A stretch of DNA of 63,308 bases, counting the filler, from Olpidium bornovanus S191 (lineage: Eukaryota; Fungi; Olpidiomycota): assembly GCA_017911155.1 (NCBI GenBank). It is 28 parts of 28 records of this genome, joined end to end, with 100 filler letters (N's around TTAATTAATTAA, not from the genome) between each part and the next. Parts side by side here need not be neighbours in the genome. Positions count along the whole stretch, not along the records: positions 39,988 to 41,726 come from JAEFCI010009429.1; positions 41,827 to 43,116 come from JAEFCI010000015.1; positions 43,217 to 45,547 come from JAEFCI010004981.1; positions 45,648 to 47,005 come from JAEFCI010013185.1; positions 47,106 to 49,828 come from JAEFCI010012913.1; positions 49,929 to 52,018 come from JAEFCI010011553.1; positions 52,119 to 55,892 come from JAEFCI010010948.1; 21 more parts are not named here. The stretch is one strand, 5' to 3'. Both the position numbers and the translations under genes were made by a program. Below, piece after piece: positions 40,164-52,600 of this stretch; positions within the stretch are counted from its first letter, which is position 1; each line of letters begins with the position of its first letter. The notes beneath the pieces are model-generated. The model was not told the DNA's origin. It searched no databases and saw nothing but the letters and a program-made list of their open reading frames with translations.

Positions 40164-40443
40164 CGCTTCCCTCTCCCCGCACACGCGCGCGGAACACCAA
40201 AGAGGAAGAAGAAGAAGACGAAGAAAAAAAACACACACACACACTCACACACAACCCCCCTCCACACACACACACCCGCACGTCCCCCCCTCCCCCACAC
40301 GCGGCGGCGGACCGGCGGCCGACCGGAAACGAACGGGGCCGCCGCCGCGATAGCTGCGTGCCCGGGGGGAAACGACCCCCTCCGGCGGGACCTGGCGGCT
40401 GACGACCCGTGGGGAGGCTGTCATAACGCTCGCGTGCGCGAAA

Positions 40444-41662
40444 ATGCCGGAAAGAGATCCGCGGTTGCAGCCCGCCGACGCCGGCTTCGGCCAGCCCCGA
40501 GGCGGCCTGCGCGATCTAGCCGACGACGGCCTGTCAGACGGGAGCGGCCCCCAGCTGGCGTCCTCCCCGTGCGCCGGTCACGACCGCGGGCGCCCGGCCG
40601 GGGCGGCCCGCCGGGGCGAGGAAGGCTGCGCCGCCCGCTGCTACCGCTGCTGCCGGCCGCCCGCGGCACCCGGCGTGCCCGGGGACGACGGCGCCGCCAA
40701 GCTTCACAACCACCACCACCACCACCACAACCACAACCAGCAGTGGCCGCCGACCCCACGCCGGCAGATCCACCACCGCCAACACGGCCACGCCTCTTGC
40801 GACCCCGCCGCCGCCGCCGCCGCGCCTTACGCGACGCCGACGCCGTCGTCGTCGTCCGGCCGCGGCGGCGGGTACCCCGCCGCGTCCCCGTCGCCGGCCG
40901 CGTGCTCCAGGATGTTCAGCGTCTCGCCGACCCCGAAGCGAAGACACCCCAGGTCCAGCGGGGACCGATTCATCCTCGACCGCGACTGCAACGTGGACCT
41001 CCCCGGAGCCTACGCCCTGCACTGCCTGCCTTCATGCGACAAAAGTGCGAAGAGGAAGGTCACGGACGAAGGTGCGCGCGCGCGTGCTGGCCGCTGCGGG
41101 CCCCGTCGGGCGTCCCGTCAATCCGCTCGCCCCGGGGACCCCCGATCGTCGAAACACAAAAAAAAAAAAAAAAAAAAAAAGAAGCTCGGTTCACCGCAGG
41201 GCGTCCCGTCAATCCGTTCGCCCCGGGGAACCCCGTCGTTGAAACAAAAAAAAAAAAAAAAAAAAAAACGAAAAGAAAAATAATAAAGCCCCTCCTAGGC
41301 TCCTGGGAGCGACACACCTGCGGTTCCCTCTGACCCAAATGCGACCGTTTCCCCGTCCTGTCGCTCCAGAGGAGTCCGGAGAGATCAGAACTGCGGTGAT
41401 CAAGCGCGAGATGTTCGGCTCACCGTCCTCGACGCCGGTCAAAGGCCGCCCGGTGGCTCGCCGCCTCTTTCAGGCGGAAACGGCGCGCGCCCTTCAGCTC
41501 GAATCCCCGCGGACGTCGGACCCGCTCGACGACCCTTGTTCCGAAGCGTACAACCCGAGCCCGGTCAGCCTGTGGTCGCAGCGGACGGTCCTTCGGCCCC
41601 GGCGGGCCGAGCGCAAGTTTAGCACCTCCCCGTACAAGGTCCTGGACGCGCCGGATCTGCAG
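40444..41662 (+). CDS. CDH1: APC/C activator Cdh1/Fzr1, N-terminal part
   Basis: Exons 40444-41071 and 41370-41662 join in frame. C-box-like DRFILDR at 40963, then IKREMFGS and YNPSPVSLWSQRTVLRPRRAERKFSTSPYKVLDAPDLQ, which precedes the WD40 domain in Cdh1. Confidence 0.85.
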
Positions 41663-43216
41663 GTGCGCGAAACACTTGCGTGAGGGGCACGGTTGTGGGA
41701 TTTAAAAGGCGGGGGGGGGGGGGGGGNNNNNNNNNNNNNNNNNNNNNNNNNNNNNNNNNNNNNNNNNNNNTTAATTAATTAANNNNNNNNNNNNNNNNNN
41801 NNNNNNNNNNNNNNNNNNNNNNNNNNACATGCTATCAGAGCTGCTGAATGACTTTTTGGAATGAATTTCACGACGGATATCAGCGGTCAGTTTTTGGAAG
41901 AGACAGGTGGACGCTGACAGAACGGATGCCTTGGGCAAATGGATTAGTCGACTCGGAAGGAATGTCCGCTGCTGCTACAACCGGCGCCGGAATCACCGCA
42001 GTATTCCAGGCCTGTAACGTTTCCCATTGCCTTCGCGTTCGCCTTCTTCGGGGCGTGTTCCTGGTTCTTCGCACGCAGGCGGGTCCGGCGGGCGAAAAGC
42101 GCGCGGAGAGCGCGCGAACCGTTGTTCGGGCTCCAGCCCCGAAGAACCACACGGCAAGCGAGAGCGGCTGAGGCGCCCGGCCCGCCACCAAAAAAAAAAA
42201 CAACGGCCGGGGTGGGTGTCCCCCCTCGCAGTCGCGTTGAAAGTTTGCTCGCTTCGCACCAAAACACGCCGAGGAACCCTTCGAAAGCAGAAAAAAGAAA
42301 ACCAGTTTAAAGAAAAAGACCCAACAGGAAAAAAAAAACCAAAAACGAGACTCCCAAGACAAAAGGAAAGACCCAAGATACCTCGCCATCAACAACAAAA
42401 AAAAACAAAAAAAATGAGACCATCCAACCCAAGAAAACAAACGGAGTTCAAATTATCCCTTTTGTTCCTCGCTTTTCTTTCGCGAGCCTGTGCTACGGCG
42501 CGGCAGTTAGCGTCTCTCTCACTTGCTGACCTGTCGTAAGAGCACGTAAGTTTGACGTTGATGACTTCCTGGTTGTTAACACGGCTTTCGTTAAACCTGA
42601 ACGTGTCCTTCCCTCATGACATTTATGAAACGCAAAGGTCGGAATAAGAGTGTTCCCTGTCTCTGCAACTACCATTTTTTTGAGCGTTTCCGATCCAAGC
42701 TTTACCACCTCAGGATGGTGAAGCGGCGTAATGCGCATGTTGATTGATGCCTCAGGCCGCCGAGAAATTGCCAAAACTGCTAGGCTGCCGCATTTAATGC
42801 GCACGGCGCACGCCGCGCCGGGCGTGCGCTTTGGCGAATTCGCAGTTGGCATATAAACCCTTGCGCGCTCTTTCAGCTCCCGCACGGCCTGTGGGCGCGC
42901 CGGGCGGGTTCGGGGCCACGTGACGGGGTGCCGCGCCGCAGCGAACACGCCCGCGGAATCGTGCCGAGGGGGGTGTGGGGGGGGGGGGCCACTTCCGCGG
43001 CCGGCCCGCGACTTGGGATGACTCTGAGCCGCCGCGTGCGGAGAAGAGGCCGCGGAACTCGTCTTCCCGTGGATTCCATCGCCCTCGGCCGGCATCCGCC
43101 GACCAAAACTGACATGNNNNNNNNNNNNNNNNNNNNNNNNNNNNNNNNNNNNNNNNNNNNTTAATTAATTAANNNNNNNNNNNNNNNNNNNNNNNNNNNN
43201 NNNNNNNNNNNNNNNN

Positions 43217-44890
43217 AAACGAGAGGAGTAGACTACCACGAGACTTTCTCTCCCGTCGTGTCTGCGGCGGCATTGAGGACGATTATCGCCATGGCCACCG
43301 CAAAGGGATGGACAATTAGGCAACGAGACGTGGTGCTCGCTTACCTAAACGGGAAACTTCAGGAGGAAATCTACCTGGAACAACCCGAAAGATTCAAGCA
43401 TGGGGATGCCGTCTGCCGACTGCACCGTGCTTTGTACGGGTTAAAACAGAACGGCGGGGTCTGGAACCATGAACTACACAAAGAACTCCTCCACCTTGGC
43501 CTTACGCAGCTCCCAATGGAGCCTTGCATCTACGTCCTACGGACCGACCAAGCAATCACCCTGATCATGGCGGTTTATGTGGATGATGTCTTTCTGACGG
43601 GGCCTGACACTAAAGTCATCAAGAATTCGAGGAATTACTCGCTCAAAAATTCAAAAATTCCGAGGGCGGGGACCTCTCCTTCATACTTGGCGTCAGAATA
43701 ACTACGAGCAAGGGGAGACGCGTCCTGGACCAGGAACATTTTGTCAAAGCCCTCCTCGAAAGGTTTAATATGCAGAACGCGAAGCCTGTCGCAACCCCCT
43801 TAGAAGCGGGGACCCTCGAGGCGTTGACCATGACCATGGCCGGCGACAAGAAAAAGAACGGAGAAAGAGGCACCGAACGATACCAAGAAGCCATCGGATC
43901 GCTTATGTGGTTGGCTACCATGACCAAACCCGACCTGGCATTCATCGTGTCCTTCTTGTCCTGATTCGTTGCATCCCCAAGCGCCAAACACTGGGGAGCA
44001 GTCAAGAGAGCGCTGCGCTACCTCGCGGGGACTCCACGCTACGGGATCCATTTCATGGAAGGGGAGTCGAAATTGATCGCGTTCAGCGACGCAGATTGGG
44101 CTGGGTGCCGCGCGACACGAGCGTCGACAACCGGCTTGATCACTCTTTACGGCAACGGACCAGTGTCATGGAAATCGGCGCGCCAGAAGTGCGTTGCAAC
44201 ATCTACCTGTGAGGCAGAGTTCGTCGCGGGTTCAGCGGCGGCACAGGAAACCGTCTGGCTGAGATCCATAATACGCGGGGTCTCCTTGATGACCAACGGC
44301 CCAACGCCACTCATGATAGACAACACGGGAGCCGCAGAACTTGCTGCGGACAACAAAGCTTCACGAAGCTCGAAGCACATAGACATCAAATACCACCACC
44401 TGAGATGGTGCGCAGCAGATGGCGAGATCCAAATTCAGAGGGTCGAAACCGCAGAAAACCCGGCGGACATGTTCACAAAGCCGCTGGACAAAGTCAAGTT
44501 CACCAAGTTTCGGGGAATGATCGGGATAGGTCTGTGCGACGACTAACCGTCCAAGATTTACAGCAAGAAAGGCAAACGTAGACCAGACGGAGGAAAATTA
44601 AGTGACCATGGGATATAGATTTCCTAGGAGAGGTGGGGTGTTGAAACAAAGGGGGGCGGTGCTTGCGTGGCTCTGGCGGAAATCCCCCCGTTCACCCCTT
44701 TCCTCCTTCTGGAAACTCGCAACACCTTTGAGGTACAAATAGGCCTGTATTCCGTAGAGATTCTACAACTCGGTGAACAGCTCCAAACAAAAGGAGTTCC
44801 CGGTCTTCCCTCTAAAAGCCGCCGTCCTTGCCTTCCCGTCCTCATCCCCGTTCGGCCACTGCCACGCTCTGTGAAGTAAAAAGTCTTTCA
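43217..44890 (+). mobile_element. Decayed Ty1/copia retrotransposon, 3' half (RT, RNase H, PPT, 3' LTR)
   Basis: DYHETFSPV, AYLNGKLQEEIY, LYGLKQ, VYVDD, YQEAIGSLMWL..TKPDLA, FSDADWAG, WKSARQKCVATSTCEAEF, SKHIDIKYH, ENPADMFTKPL. Frameshift near 43640; TGA at 43962. PPT AGGAGAGGTGGGG at 44626-44638, then TGTTGAAA at 44639. The LTR end at TTTCA (44890) is tentative. Confidence 0.93.
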
Positions 44891-45298
44891 CTTCCCCCTC
44901 TTCCCCCCCTTCCCCCCGGCGATTCAGCGTATCCCCAACCTTTGCTCACAAGCCAATCTCCGCCCGGGGTGGCATGAGTCCCCGCACGGGCACCGGGGCA
45001 TAATTCCCTCTGAACCAGGAACTCGAGGGCGTGACACGTGACGGTGGGGTACACGGCAGTCTCGAAACGGCCCGGCCCGTTGCGCAGTTCGCCCGGCGGA
45101 GGCCGCGAAAGCGGAGCGTCCGGCAACCAATCGCCGGTCGATAATTCGTGCATATTAGATTCGCGGGGCGGGCGCGGGGAGGGGGGGGGTCCGGGTCTCT
45201 GCGCCGGCCACAGAAAAAAAGAAATTCCAGCAAACGAAAAAACTGCCCCGCGACTTTTTTTTTCCAAGTCCGCCGAATCGAGTCTTTTCCGCGAAAAG

Positions 45299-45364
45299 AT
45301 GAAGGCCCTCGTTCTGTTCCTTCTCGCGACCGCGTTCGCCGGCACGCTCCTCCTTGTCGACGCG
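45299..45364 (+). CDS. Possible first exon of a secreted protein (signal peptide)
   Basis: MKALVLFLLATAFAGTLLLVDAG followed by a GTGGGT donor-like site; CCAAT near 45127 upstream. Confidence 0.4.
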
Positions 45365-45399
45365 GGTGGGTCTCTGGCGCGTGGCGCCCCTCGCGACGC

Positions 45400-45433
<34 letters not shown>

Positions 45434-45717
45434 TTTTTTTTTTTTTTTTTTTTGCGAAAAACCGCCCCCCGCTTTTTTTTTTTTTTTTTTTGCCCCCCCC
45501 CCCCCCCCCCCCCCCCGGCCCCCCCCCCCCCCCCCCGCCCGCGGCCCNNNNNNNNNNNNNNNNNNNNNNNNNNNNNNNNNNNNNNNNNNNNTTAATTAAT
45601 TAANNNNNNNNNNNNNNNNNNNNNNNNNNNNNNNNNNNNNNNNNNNNCATGCCATTGCGACAACCAGTTGGTGAAACTGCCGCTTCCTGGCAAGCACGCG
45701 GAAAATTTTCTGCGTGC

Positions 45718-46024
45718 CTTTGAACGTCCGGTTGCCGGAGAAAAGCGATACGAACTCGGGCCTCGCCGCCTCGGCAGGGTTGAGATCCAAAAGTTTCATC
45801 GCCGACGAACTGACCGCCACTAGGAGCGGGTCGGGCTGCTTTTCCGGAGACATGCAAGTAAAGACCGCGCGGCGGACAGGCCGCGACGTCCTGATGATCT
45901 CCGTAGGCAGCGCCTCAACTTCGCAGAGGGGGACGGCAGGGTCCGCAGGTAGCGACGACGTCACGCTGTTGCGGAAAACGAGATCTTCCAATCGCAACAA
46001 GTTCACTCTGTTTCTTGAGCCCAT
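45718..46024 (-). CDS. SelO / YdiU / Fmp40 family protein adenylyltransferase, N-terminal part
   Basis: LEDLVFRNSVTSSLPADP..SRPVRRAVFTCMSPE..PDPLLVAVSSSAMKLLDL..EFVSLFSGN matches the SelO N-terminus. The frame is open upstream (possible transit peptide from ATG 46525). Confidence 0.85.
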
Positions 46025-47603
46025 CGTCGAAAACGGCGCAAGTGACGTGGCTTGCCGTCCCAAAGGCTCGTTTTCGGCGCAGAAGGGGTCGGCCGGCGGG
46101 CGCTGACAATAGAAGGGCAGGAGCGCAGAGGGAAATCCGCCAGAAGCTGGAACGCTGGTGTGGTAGGAGGCGACCGGAAAAAGGTAGAGGTAGCGCCACG
46201 GGGCGTGTTCATGCGACTGGCGAGAATGGACGAGCCCTTGGGCAAAGCGGCGGCCTTTTGCGTTTGCGCTACAAGAGGTCTCGGCGATCAGCAAACCGAT
46301 TGCTGCGGAAGTGCGAGGGCCTCGGGTGGCAGCGCCAACGGCGCTGGCCAGAACCGAGAAAGGTAACGAAAGCACGGCGTTTCCAACACGACAAAAGCGG
46401 CGGGGCGCGAACGCCTCTGACAGAGCGCCCGACGGGCGGAGACTCCTCCGCTTCGAAGTGACGCTGCGCCTGGCGGGTCCGCGGTTTGGCGAGGGCGTCG
46501 TGATGGCCGGCGCAGTCAAGTCCATTGACGCTGGGAACAAACGGCAGCGACCGGTGGTTTCACACCAAACCGCCTCCTCCGAGAGCCCCTCCCCCCAAAC
46601 CCCTTCCCAAAGCACCAACAGAAGAAGAAGCGCGGCGCCGCCCCGCACGCCCTCTGGCAGGTTCTCCCTGATCTGGACTCGTTGACTCGGCATTGTTCTT
46701 TACCCCAACATTTTCTCCACACTGAGAAATTGGCGGAAGTGAACGGCTGCCGTTCATATTCGAACAAATGAGAAACTACAGGCCGTCCTTGGAAGGTAAG
46801 GAGGTCGCAGAAGAGTCGCATACAGACATTAGCACGCCGCTTTAACCAATTGAGACCTTTTTGGGCGCACATACCTTGACGAGGGACAGGATGACATCTA
46901 CCCCGCTGGCAATCTCTCTACTAGACAGCTGCAGCACCAGGCTGTTTTCTGCAGCGGGATTCAGAGTTTCCTCCCGGGAGGATGTGACAGGGGACCCTAG
47001 GCATGNNNNNNNNNNNNNNNNNNNNNNNNNNNNNNNNNNNNNNNNNNNNTTAATTAATTAANNNNNNNNNNNNNNNNNNNNNNNNNNNNNNNNNNNNNNN
47101 NNNNNCATGTATAAGCATTTATAGCCCAATGCATAGCTATATAGTATTTTATAATATACCATAATGAGTGTGTCCAATATTAAGAGAAAGTCAAGTGACC
47201 ATTACCGCCCTCACCAAAATGGCGCGTCCGCACTGCGGCGTGTCGCCGCCTTCCTGCCACGCGACCCATTACACGCAAACTGTGTGGCGTTTTTGTATGA
47301 GGATTTATGGCAGATTTACTGATGAAAGGTTTTGGGGATTACACGTGGAAGGTTGATGGCAATTTTGGGGGCAAAGTTCCCGCAAAACTCAGACCTGAAA
47401 TGGTCCGGGAGCCGCAGCATTTGGATCAGGATCCCGGGGTTGGTTAGGGTCAGGATGGGTTCAGGTCTGGGGGTGTCTTAGGGTCAGGTTGTGTTGACTT
47501 TATGCGAGGGGTCACGTGGCCGGCGGTTTGTTTCCTGCGAACAGCAGCGAAAATAAGAAAAAAGTTGAAGGCTTACTTTCCCAGAAGGCAGTGGAAAAAC
47601 TGT

Positions 47604-49695
47604 ATGGCCGACGTCCCGCCGCGCGTCGAGGACGTCGTCCGCCCGGAGGCTGGCCCGGTTCCGCCGCACCGTTTTTCGCGGGACGGCTGGCCCGGACGTC
47701 TCCGTCTCCGGGAGGAGGGCGACGAGGAGGAAACGGACGGGGCGCGTGCCGCGGGTCCGGACGGGGGACCGGCGGGGGCCGCCGTCCTGCCGGCTCCGGC
47801 GCCGCAACCGGCCCTCCTGCCGCCTGGCGGGAGCGGGGGCGGGGGCGGGGGCGGTGTCGGGGACGGGGACGGGGACGGGGACGGGGACGGGGACGACCTC
47901 TTACTCGATCCGTTCTCGACCGTCGGCGCCGGCTCGTCGTGCGGGGACGGCGGCGCGTCGAACGCCGCCCGCCGAGCGTCGTTCGAGGAGACCGCGGCGG
48001 TCGTCTACTCCATCGCTCGCGGGAAGGACGCCAGCGGGGTCTGGGACGTCGTGCGCGACCACAATCTCCGCCACGGCGGCCTGCCGACCCTGCAGCAGGT
48101 GCTCGAGGGGAAGACCGGCGCGCCGCTGAGCCGCGACGACTTCGCCTCCTTCCTCCGCTCGCGCGGCCGCGGAGAGGACGTGGCCGCCCTGCACTTCTGG
48201 CTGGACTGCAAGGCCCACCGAGACCTCTGCCGCGACTACCACCGGGCGACCGCCGCCGCCGCCGCGGCGCCGGAGGCGCGCGGAGGAGGAGAAAAAGGAG
48301 CCGAGGAAGCGACGCCGCGGCGGGCGTCCGGCCAAGCGGCGAGGGACGTCCGCACCTGGTCCGAGGGGACCTGTTGGTCCGACACCTTCCCGCCGGCGAC
48401 GTCCGGCTGCGGCGCGCAAGCCCGGCCTCGCCCCTCCGCCTTGTCTTCCGCGGTCTTCTTGCCTTCCGCACCGCACCTGCCCGAAAACGGCGCCGCCGCC
48501 GCCTCCGCATCTCCGCGGCAGCATCTGGCGTTATGCCACTCCTCGGAGCGCGGGACCGCACCCACCGCGTCGCTGATCGACAAGAGGCGCGAGCGGGCCC
48601 GCCGCCGCCGCCGCAGCAGCAGCCGCAGCCCTCCCCGGCGGTGGAACCCCTTCGCGGCGATGTTCTTTTCCCCGGCGGCCGGCCGGGGAGCGGCGGCGCG
48701 CCCGGGCGGCGCGGAAGAGGACGAGGAGGAGAAGGAGGAAGGGGAAGAAGGAGGAGGAGCGGAGGGGAAGAAACCGAGGCGCGGCGCAATGACAACCCCC
48801 CGTCACCGCGGCGGCAGCGGCGGCCGGGCGCCGCCGACGCTGGACGACGTTCGCGACTCGACCACGGCCGTGTACCGCGCGTACCTGGACCCGTCGACGC
48901 GGACCGACGCAGCGCCGGCGCTGCCGGACTCGGTCGTCGGAGAGGTCGCGCGAGCTCTGGGCGCGCAGCCGCCGTCGGGCTGGTCCGGCGGCGCGGGAGG
49001 GGCGGGCGACCCGGCGCGGGTCTTCGAGGCCGCCGAGGCCTTCGTCTACTCGCGCCTGAGCGCGCTCTACGACATCGTCTTCGTCGCCCGCGCCGTCCGC
49101 TCAAACCTCACCGCGCGCCACGCCCGGCTACGCCTCGCCGCGGGCGTCGCGCTGCTCACGGCCGGCGTCGCCGTGCCTCTCGCCTTCGCCCTCGCGAACC
49201 CGAAGCCCGCCCCGCGCCGCCTCGCCACCGCGCCCTTGGTCTGGCTCGGGTGGATCAACCTATGGGCCGCGCTGGACCGGTTCGACCCGTTGGTCGCGCT
49301 GTTCGGTGTGCGGTACGCTCTTTTCCCTCCTCAACGTTTCGCTTCGCGAGGACAGTATTTTTCCGGATTCAAAAAAGAAAAATTGTTTACGAATCGGGGC
49401 GACGGTCGGGGGGTCGTGTCTTTTTTTTATCGGGCGTTCACTCTTCGCGTTTTTTTGTTTTTTCTTCTTCTTTTTTTTTCTTTCTTTCCCCTCTACTACT
49501 CGAAAACAAACAAAAAAAAGGGAAGTCACATTGGGAACGTTCCTCGAGATCAGAGACCGGTACGTCCGGAGCGTCCATCTCCGGCAGTGCATCAGGGTGC
49601 TATCGGCGACTCTCCTCGTCACGTGCGCAACGGTGGCCGTGCTCTACGTCTTGGTGCCGAAGAGCCTGGCAAGTCGGCTGTCGTCGTGGGCGTGA
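47604..49695 (+). CDS. RAX1: Rax1-like RGS-domain membrane protein
   Basis: LPTLQQVLEGKTGAPLSRDDFASFL..LHFWLDCKAHRDLCRDY (from 48081), VYRAYL, VFEAAEAFVY, then three hydrophobic segments. The intron at 49313-49520 restores FDPLVALFGVREVTLGTFLEIRDRYVR. Confidence 0.8.
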
Positions 49696-52600
49696 CCCTC
49701 CAACATCCCCGGCCTGTCGTAGACGGCGATTGTACAGTAGAATTCTTCTCAACGCGTGAAAAAGAAAAATAACCCGCGTACGAAAAAAACGGACAACATT
49801 ATTCCCCACCTCTCCTTCCCCCCCCCCCNNNNNNNNNNNNNNNNNNNNNNNNNNNNNNNNNNNNNNNNNNNNTTAATTAATTAANNNNNNNNNNNNNNNN
49901 NNNNNNNNNNNNNNNNNNNNNNNNNNNNAAAAAAAAAAAAAGAAAAAAAAGCGCGAGCGCAGCGGGAAATTCGGCGCGCAATAAGTTCGAGGGAGCGGAG
50001 CAAAAAAGCTTTGTTTGAAACGTAAGTCGAGAGTACCTTTTTTGCATGTAATAATTGATAGGTCGGGGCGGCAAAGTATGAAAAAAAATTTCGTGCGCGA
50101 ACGGCGGTCACGGTATAACGGGTTTTCAGGTTTTTTCCATGTCTTCCTTTTTCAAGCCCTGTTGGAAAACACTGTGCCGAGGACCAGATATCGAAGACGG
50201 CGCGCGAGACGCAAAGAACACGTTGGAAGCGAGGGGGGGGTGTGTCCCAAAAAAAAAAACAATTGCTTGCCGCCTTGCATTTTCCTCGCCGCTTTCTTTT
50301 TTTTTTCTTTGGGTTCACGGCCCGTTTTCCGGGGACGGCGAAGGCGCGAGGAAAACGGCAAGGTTGCGCAAAACCCTGCCAACCTCGGAAACGGTTTGGG
50401 CGACGACGCCTGGCGACGGTCGACGGAGGTCCGTCAGCTGCACGCACCGCCGACCGCGACGCGGAGCGGCCGAGGAAACTCCTGTTCGCCGATGGGCCGG
50501 CCAGGGAAAAACGAAGAAAAAACTCGCCCGGGCGGTTTAGCGTCCGCTTCTTGTCGGGTCAAAATAGAGAACCTGGCAACGAACGGCTCGCGACGTCTTT
50601 ACCGCGCACATGCTGGCCGACTATCGGAAGTCTCAAAAACCGACCGGCGCCCTGCTCTCCCGAGAAGGCGAACGCGCTCCTGCCAGGAAAAAAAAGTTTG
50701 AAACAAAGCATGACTAAAAGCCGGCTGGTTTTTTACCTCTGCGAAATTCTCTGCCTGGCAGTCGTCGTTTTGCGAAAGGTCACCCTCAAATGCCCGGCGC
50801 TGGTTTCTGCTTCGGGCGTCGTTTTTGTTGCGTTCTGGCGCGATTTAGTGTGGTGGGGGAATCTGACGTTTGACCGACAGGCGGCGAGCGACATCCGATT
50901 CGTCGAAGTGCCTCCCCTTTACCTTCCGCAACCAGCGCCGTTCGTTCCTAACCTTAACGCCAACCTAAAATGAAAAAAAAGGAAACGAGGACGCACACAA
51001 AGGAACTCCCGCCCCGGGGCGCAGCGGCAGACAGCCGGGGGCGTGCGGGTTTCCCAGCGGTCGGCTCGCCGCAAAACGCCCGCCGTCAACCCCCTCGCCG
51101 CATAAACGTTTCGTTCTAGCGCCCCGTGCCTGCAACTTTCCCCCTCCCCGCCCTCATCCTCTCCTCTCCCAGCACTTCCCGCGAAACGCGGAATGCTCGA
51201 ACCTCGCCCGGGCGGCAAAAACGAGCGCGTTTTCAGTCGCGCGGCAGGTTGGCGTCGTTGGTGGACAAGTTTTGACTCTCGGGGTCGCGGTTTGGCTGGG
51301 TGTAGCTGCGCCCGCGGTCGTCCACCCGGCAACGGCTCGCAGAACGCGCTTGTCTACCGGGGAGGGGCGGGTGAGGAAGGGGGAGGGCCAGAGCTCCCAG
51401 TCGCAAATAAGAAGAAAGAAATTGTCGGAGTCTCTCGGCCGACTGTCTCTGGAGAAGGAGAACGGCGCAGGCTCCTTTTTTAATCTTTTTTTCAATATGC
51501 TGCGATCGTCAAAAGAACGTCCCGATTCCTGCAGCAATCCACTGTTAAGGTTGGCCCTGCGTTCGACGTCGCCCGGAACGCGACCGCGTTTCGTTTGGAT
51601 AGACTTCGCGATCGCTTCTCCGGAGACGCCTGCGCGGCCGGCGGCTTCGTGGCTGTCGTCGGCCGCGCGAGCTGATTTCCGCGACTGTGCACAATTTTTA
51701 TGGTGCAGCTCGCCGACAAAATGCGAATGCCGGAAATGTTCGAAATCGATTACCGAAGCTCTTACCACAGTTTTACAAACGCTTTTTGCTGCGATTGAGA
51801 TGTTTATCATTAAACTATCGCATAGTTGTTACTGTGTGTTGGTAACATCCTAAATAAAATTGCTTACGAGCAACAAAACCAGCGGCGTTAATGTTACACG
51901 GCGTCAAAATCCTCCGCCTTCGAGGGATGTCGTTGAAAGCTAACGGCCGCGCAGGATTTCGGCCTCCGCATAAACAAACAAGCGGCCTACCCGCTACGCA
52001 GATGTGCAAAATATCATGNNNNNNNNNNNNNNNNNNNNNNNNNNNNNNNNNNNNNNNNNNNNTTAATTAATTAANNNNNNNNNNNNNNNNNNNNNNNNNN
52101 NNNNNNNNNNNNNNNNNNCATGATAATAACAAGAGAGCGGAGGAGGGCGAAACGACGAAAAGAAAGCGGCGGAGGCGGGTTGGGGCGGGGAGCGTGCGCG
52201 CGTGCGTGCGGGGAGTGGGGGAGGGTGAGGGGGGTGGTTTCAACGCGCGCGGGGAAGGACGCGTTTTTTCTCGTTTGCGCGTCCGCGCGGGCTCGTGTTT
52301 GTTTTCTTTTTTCTCTCTCTCTCTCTCCTGTTTTGTTTTTGTTTTTGATTTTGATTTTTTTTTCTTTCCCTTCTTTCGGCTGTCTCTCTCTCTTTTTAGT
52401 CAACCCCGTGTTGGGGCTGGGGAAGAAAGGTGGGGGGAAGGGGAGACAAAAAAAAAAAAAAAAAAAAAACGCACCTCTCCGGTACGGCACCAGAACGACG
52501 CGGCGCCCGTACTGGTTGGAGGAGACGACCGGGTAGCAGCAGCAAACGGGAGGAGGGGAGGGGGGTGTGGTGGTCGGTCGGTCAGCTTGAAAGTTCCCTG

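Noticed and set aside
24161-44890. Treating the two copia fragments as halves of one element
   Set aside because: The sequence before the PBS (to 24160) does not align by eye with the 3' LTR at 44639 beyond a short ATTCTACA match.
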